Of a DNA stretch of 64,000 nt, positions 59,294 through 64,000 are shown in pieces. The DNA lies in contig NW_003314290.1 of the NCBI RefSeq assembly GCF_000143415.4, forward strand, positions 1 through 64,000. The letters are read 5' to 3'. The translations under genes were made by a program, and so were the position numbers. Position 1 is the stretch's first letter, and every line of letters starts with the position of its first letter. The stretch is from Selaginella moellendorffii. Taxonomy: Eukaryota; Plantae; Lycopodiophyta. A model generated the notes under the pieces. That model searched no databases and was not told the DNA's origin. It was given only the letters and a program-made list of their open reading frames with translations.

Positions 59294-60142
59294 TTAGATC
59301 GTCGTACCTTTGTAATAATTCTCGAGCTCAGCGGTGTAGCCGTTGAAGAAGTCAATATGAGACTCCCTTCTCCTTCTCATCTTATCCTCGTTCATGATCG
59401 CAGGCTCGTGAACAAGCCAAGAAAAGTCTGATCTCCAAGCCTGGATCGAGTTTTCCTTGAGCTGCGCGTCGTAGTAGTCGATGTGATAAGCGTGGTACTT
59501 CACTCTCTTGCGGAGTCGAGACACTTCCATAGCAGATTCCCAGTCAAGATGGTCTCTCTTTTGGCGGCGTGGAAGGCCGAGGGTTTGGCTGCGAGGAGCT
59601 TGGTCACTCTCCACCATCTCGACTTCCGGAGGCTGAGATTTCCTCTCCTTTGCATCTGAAAGAACAACCATCCTATCGTCACTATCAAGATTCCTGGGAG
59701 TCCTGACAAGTTGATCCCCCTCAATCTGGTCACCTGTAAACGAATGACATGTGAGTTCTAACATATCCCTGCAGAGAGTGATCATACCTTCGATAAAGAT
59801 GATGCATTCTTCACTTGACTTCTCAACTTCCTCCACGGCTGTTGCCTTCAAGCTAACCTCAGCAACGTCCAGATCTGCCAATGAGTCTCTGTGTGAACTT
59901 GTCACGAGCGTTTCTTCTTCTTCTTGATCCGACTCATCCTGCTCCTCGCACTTTTCCAGAGTGTTGCCAGAGTCTCCTTCCTCAAGAAGCTTGAAATGGA
60001 TGTTGAGGGAGCAAGCGCACCGATCAATCCATTGCCTCCGACGAGCAAGTGTTTCTTCTAAACCAGCAATAAACTCAGCTCCGAGTACGTCACCACCAAT
60101 CTTGCTAGCGGCCTGAACCTCATGGCCATGCTTGACTCTCAT
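59294..60142 (-). CDS. Uncharacterised acidic protein, paralogue 2
   Basis: 282-aa ORF with a local tandem paralogue; no family recognised. Confidence 0.45.
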   Translation of the reverse strand: MRVKHGHEVQAASKIGGDVLGAEFIAGLEETLARRRQWIDRCACSLNIHFKLLEEGDSGNTLEKCEEQDESDQEEEETLVTSSHRDSLADLDVAEVSLKATAVEEVEKSSEECIIFIEGMITLCRDMLELTCHSFTGDQIEGDQLVRTPRNLDSDDRMVVLSDAKERKSQPPEVEMVESDQAPRSQTLGLPRRQKRDHLDWESAMEVSRLRKRVKYHAYHIDYYDAQLKENSIQAWRSDFSWLVHEPAIMNEDKMRRRRESHIDFFNGYTAELENYYKGTTI

Positions 60143-62223
60143 GGCATCTGCAAAACAATTGAATGTTTACTGAATCAAACTCACTCAACTCAGAATCAAA
60201 TGACCTTGTTCGAAAGTAGAAGCCTGACCAAAGAAGCTGTTTACATCCACCTCGCGCTCAACCTCGGCAACATGTCCGATCCTCTCGTCTTCCTCGCGCA
60301 CAAGCAAGATGACGGCTCCCTTGTCTGTGCCCGTGTTTAGGGGCATAATCGCACGGGATTTGCGGCCGTGCCTCCACAAAAGACCCCACCACAGCGCCAT
60401 ACCCAAGACAAGCAGTCCGATGATCAAAATCGTTGTCTCCACGCTCACCATAGCGGCGCCCACCATTCTTAATTCCATCAGCCCTATTATTTTTTAGTTA
60501 GCCCTATTTCGTTTAGCATTTTTTATGTGATATTTGTAAATACTTTTCTGATACTAGGTCATTTTGGTTGGCAAAAAAGTGGCTGCATATCATCTTCAAT
60601 TTAGCCAATGTCTTTTCGAAGCATGCTTTGCGATTAGTAGAGATTGCTATGTCTATACAGCATGTACAACCTAGCAAGTTGGTGCAACAAAATTGATTCA
60701 CATGTCCAACTTAGGCTATTCTCCTTCCTCTCACTTTTGCTGCTCTTGAGCTCATCCAGCTTGCCAATTAGGGGCCTTCCTGCAGTCAAATTTATGCCCA
60801 CCAACTCATAACACCAAAGAAAGGCCATGCACAAATTTTTCAGTGAATCTTTCCTACTTTTAACTTCTCAACTGTGGCTTCTCTATTCCCAAACGTGCTT
60901 GGACTGGTTTGCAGCTGTTTTCAATACACACCAAGATTCTCTAACTCAGTTTCCCCAAGAAAGTAACGAGCTCTTCCTTGCACTAGGACTTGCTTATGGC
61001 TACCCTAACTTAGAGAACTCTCTCATAACTTCTAAACACTGAAGATCATTGTGCTTTCACAACCAATCGCAAACAACTCCAAGCTTCCCTCTTTACAACC
61101 TCACCAAAATAGGACAAGGTTAGAATTCTCTCTAAACACACCATTATAACTTCTTTCAAGGTTATGAACACCACTAGATTGCAGCTGTTCACAAGCTACA
61201 AAGGTATTCTTCTCAAATAACACTTTTTTCTTTCTAAAGAAGATATAAACTTATTCTTATGACTAAAGGGTTGTGGTTGTCATAAAGGTGAGTTCCAGCT
61301 ACATTCTCATCCTTTTATCCTTCATAGATAAGATTTTCGCAATGTTTATGATGCCTGCCATCTCCTAGAATTTTGGATTATTGTTTCAAACTTCTTTGTT
61401 TCATTAGTAATCTTTCTGAACTTATCCAAGCTCCCCAAATTGCCTCGCTCATGATTCTCCTATTGCAATCCCAAAGATTCCTTAAATCTCTTGATACTAC
61501 CATCTGCCATATGGATTAAATGGCACTTCCCTTTCTCTAGTACATACACAAACTCGTGATCAAAGAAGCAGATAGGGCAGTGATATAAATTAGAGGTGGT
61601 GGAGCTATAACACATGTAAGGGATTCCTAGATCTTCTCAGAGTTAGAGAATAAGTGGGAAGTAATGGGAGTAACATCTTATTTCCTGGAGTGGCACATTC
61701 TGAGCATTTTGAGTGTGGTTTGGATTGGAGTGTGCTTATGTCTATTCTATAGATATTGGTTTTTTTCTTTGAACAACAAATGTTTCCATTAGTGTCCCAA
61801 GTACCTTGGAGTGACTATTATGGCTTGAGTGATGAGTTTGTTCAATATGCCTTCTTGGTATCAAAGGGATTGTGTAATGATTCTTGCATGTGGGGAGAGA
61901 ATTGGAGTGTAAGTTTTCTTTGTTGATCTCTAACCTCATATTGTTGTGACATCTTCTTATAAAAAGATGGCTGGTGATTTAAGATAGAGTGAATCTTCTA
62001 TAAAGCCCAAGAAGCAAAGTTGGACTGACATTGTAAAAGAGAAGGAGAGTGCCATAAGAAAAGGCACTATTGGTAGCATCTCTAGCCAATGTCAAGGGAA
62101 AAGATGCCCAAGAGTGTGTTTGTATTTGTTCTGTGGATATTGGTTCTTTACACAAGCTCAGGGCCACTGTGTTGCCATGAGATTCTCTCTAGAGGACATT
62201 CCATGATCTAAGTCTCAAGAATC

Positions 62224-62760
62224 ATGGTAAATGCCTTTAAACATGGGCTTGGAGAGTTTTATGGCAGTGGCTTCTGGGTGCGTGGGGATCAACCCCATGA
62301 GATTCGTTATGATCTACAGTTGTTCTGGAGCTCTTCCAGTGCGTGGAGAGTGGCTGGGCGCAGAGGGCCGCAGATACCCGCGAAGGGAATTCATGCGAGT
62401 TGGGCGCCTGCCAGACAGGCGGCCCAAGAGCAGAGGAGGCTATGGGGACGAGTTCGACTGTTCTACTCTGTTGGATGGTACAAGCGATCGCTGTTAACTA
62501 GAAAACATTAATTTAACTGCTATATGAATCACTCAGATCTCTCGCAATGGCATCACAAACCAGAGCGGCCATGTCGTGGTTGATGTTCTTCACGCAAATG
62601 GTTGATCTGCTCGGAAGAGCCGGATGGCGCTGTGAAGCACGCCTGGAGAGCCTTCTTCCGAAACCTGGATGTCTTTACTTGGTTACATGTAAGCTGCAGA
62701 GCGTGTCAAAAGTCTGTGGTGCGGCAGGAAACCTGCTTGCTCCACCGGATAATCGTTTGA
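62224..62760 (+). pseudogene. PPR/E-domain remnant
   Basis: MVDLLGRAGW..EA.LESLLPKP plus upstream degenerate PPR-like pieces in broken frames. Confidence 0.55.
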
Positions 62761-62772
62761 AATTTGCTGGTA

Positions 62773-62934
62773 CTACCAAAACTTCGCTCGAATTTTGTAG
62801 ACTTTGAACATAGCGACTATGGCAACAAGAAGTGCCATGTAGCCAACCACGATGACAACCGAAAGGCCTGGAAGAACAAATATCGTGTCCATGGACAGGT
62901 TCACCAGACCAGTGAGTACGTTTGCCTGTAAGGA

Positions 62935-62990
<56 letters not shown>

Positions 62991-64000
62991 GAAAGTATTG
63001 CTTGCTGCTCACCACTAAGAATGTCAATAACATATTGTCGTCGACGGCCTCTACAAGGACGAGTTTTGATGAGAGAAACGCTTCCGCCGAGGCAAAGATG
63101 GCCATAACCTGTCAACAATGTATGCGTTAGAGCCTATATGGTGCAAAAATATATTGGTGAAATGGTAAGATACCTCTAAGTTTTGGGCGAGGACAAACAT
63201 CACGTACGCCATGTTACACTGGCCACAAAGAAGGATTTTGAGATGCATTAGCAAATCACGGAGTATACCGTGCGGCGTGAAACGTTCTCTACGATTGAGT
63301 CAAGCACCACAACCAAAAGCCTGCACAAAAACAAGAGTTAATAGCGAGGTATTAGCAAAGATAGACTTCACCACAGAGCCCCATCAAGAAGCCAAAGCTC
63401 CGCTATGCTTAGCCAGCGGCTGTTTTCATTTGAGGACGAAGCTATCCATTTCAAGAAGCCTCCCGGATTGAAAAATATGTGTTGTCCAAGATGGACAGAC
63501 AGGAGGTACAAGCTCCAGTATCCTGATATCAGCAGCATCAGAAGAGTTCCAGAAAGCGAGTTCTTTACCAAAGATGCTGAAAATGCCTTCTTTGTTCAAA
63601 TCAACAAGTCCGGAACTCCTGTGCGGGGAAAGAATGTAATCTTTTAAACCGCAGCGAAGGGTGAACTGATGCACTGACATAAGAGTGTCAAAACAAACGA
63701 CACATTCCACCAAAACGAGCGACCAACCTGACAGTATGCCAAGCCCAAGATATCCACAATACGAAACAGGCATGCGAATTACTGAAGTAAGAAGAGAAAC
63801 AGCCGCCAAAGTGAAGAAAAAGTTCCAGTGGACGCCATATTCCCCTACGTGAACCTGAACAAACCAATAAGTTTCACCATTTGCAATTGAGTCACAAAGA
63901 AAAACCTGATAATCTGCTCCTTTCGTCGCTATAAGTCTCGCAAAACCCAGAGCCAGCAATGGACTCACGCTTTTAAGAATGTCCACGGTTCTAGTCCTTC
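62773..64000 (-). CDS. PIGW: PIG-W/GWT1 GPI inositol acyltransferase, 3' part (multi-exon, 5' end outside the window)
   Basis: DYQ|VHVGEYGVHWNFFFTLA, NKEGIFSIFG, VSRRT|CNMAYV and FLV|ANVLTGLVNLSMDT, joined by short GT-AG introns; stop at 62773-62775. Confidence 0.92.
62940..62986. repeat. (GA)n microsatellite in a PIG-W intron
   Basis: Direct reading of the sequence. Confidence 0.95.

Noticed and set aside
60500-62220. Possible decayed retroelement
   Set aside because: I could not identify any diagnostic motif or terminus; left unannotated.

Overview
This is eukaryotic land-plant genomic DNA. The short GT-AG introns (mostly ~40-60 nt), PLS-class PPR genes and TTTAGGG repeats suggest a lycophyte such as Selaginella (inference). 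Bases 1-45,000 are a nest of transposons. The centrepiece is a complete 14.1-kb DNA transposon (9127-23256) with ~24-bp TIRs and a 4-bp ATTC target-site duplication, confirmed against an empty site at 29280. It carries a Sola-like DDD transposase on the minus strand. Divergently it carries one large spliced gene fusing a ParB/Srx-like domain, a degenerate beta-class DNA amino-methyltransferase fold, an acidic tract and an FCP1/NIF-type HAD phosphatase. The element contains more than 20 copies of a 22-bp palindrome (ATGGCRTGWGGCCWCAYGCCAT), mostly in introns and the central non-coding region; this is a candidate ParB/parS-like self-recognition or anti-silencing system. The end of a second, near-identical copy (1-1470) interrupts a separate intron-containing N4C/N6A methyltransferase gene. 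Around these lie nested non-autonomous LTR elements with a satellite inside the LTR, a reconstructable 22.5-kb inversion, a deleted chromovirus and Copia debris. Bases 45,000-64,000 are gene-rich: an LRR receptor-like protein, a PLS-E PPR gene head-to-head with a plastid M50 (RseP/ARASP-like) protease, a chimeric pseudogene, two unknown tandem paralogues and the 3' part of PIG-W/GWT1.
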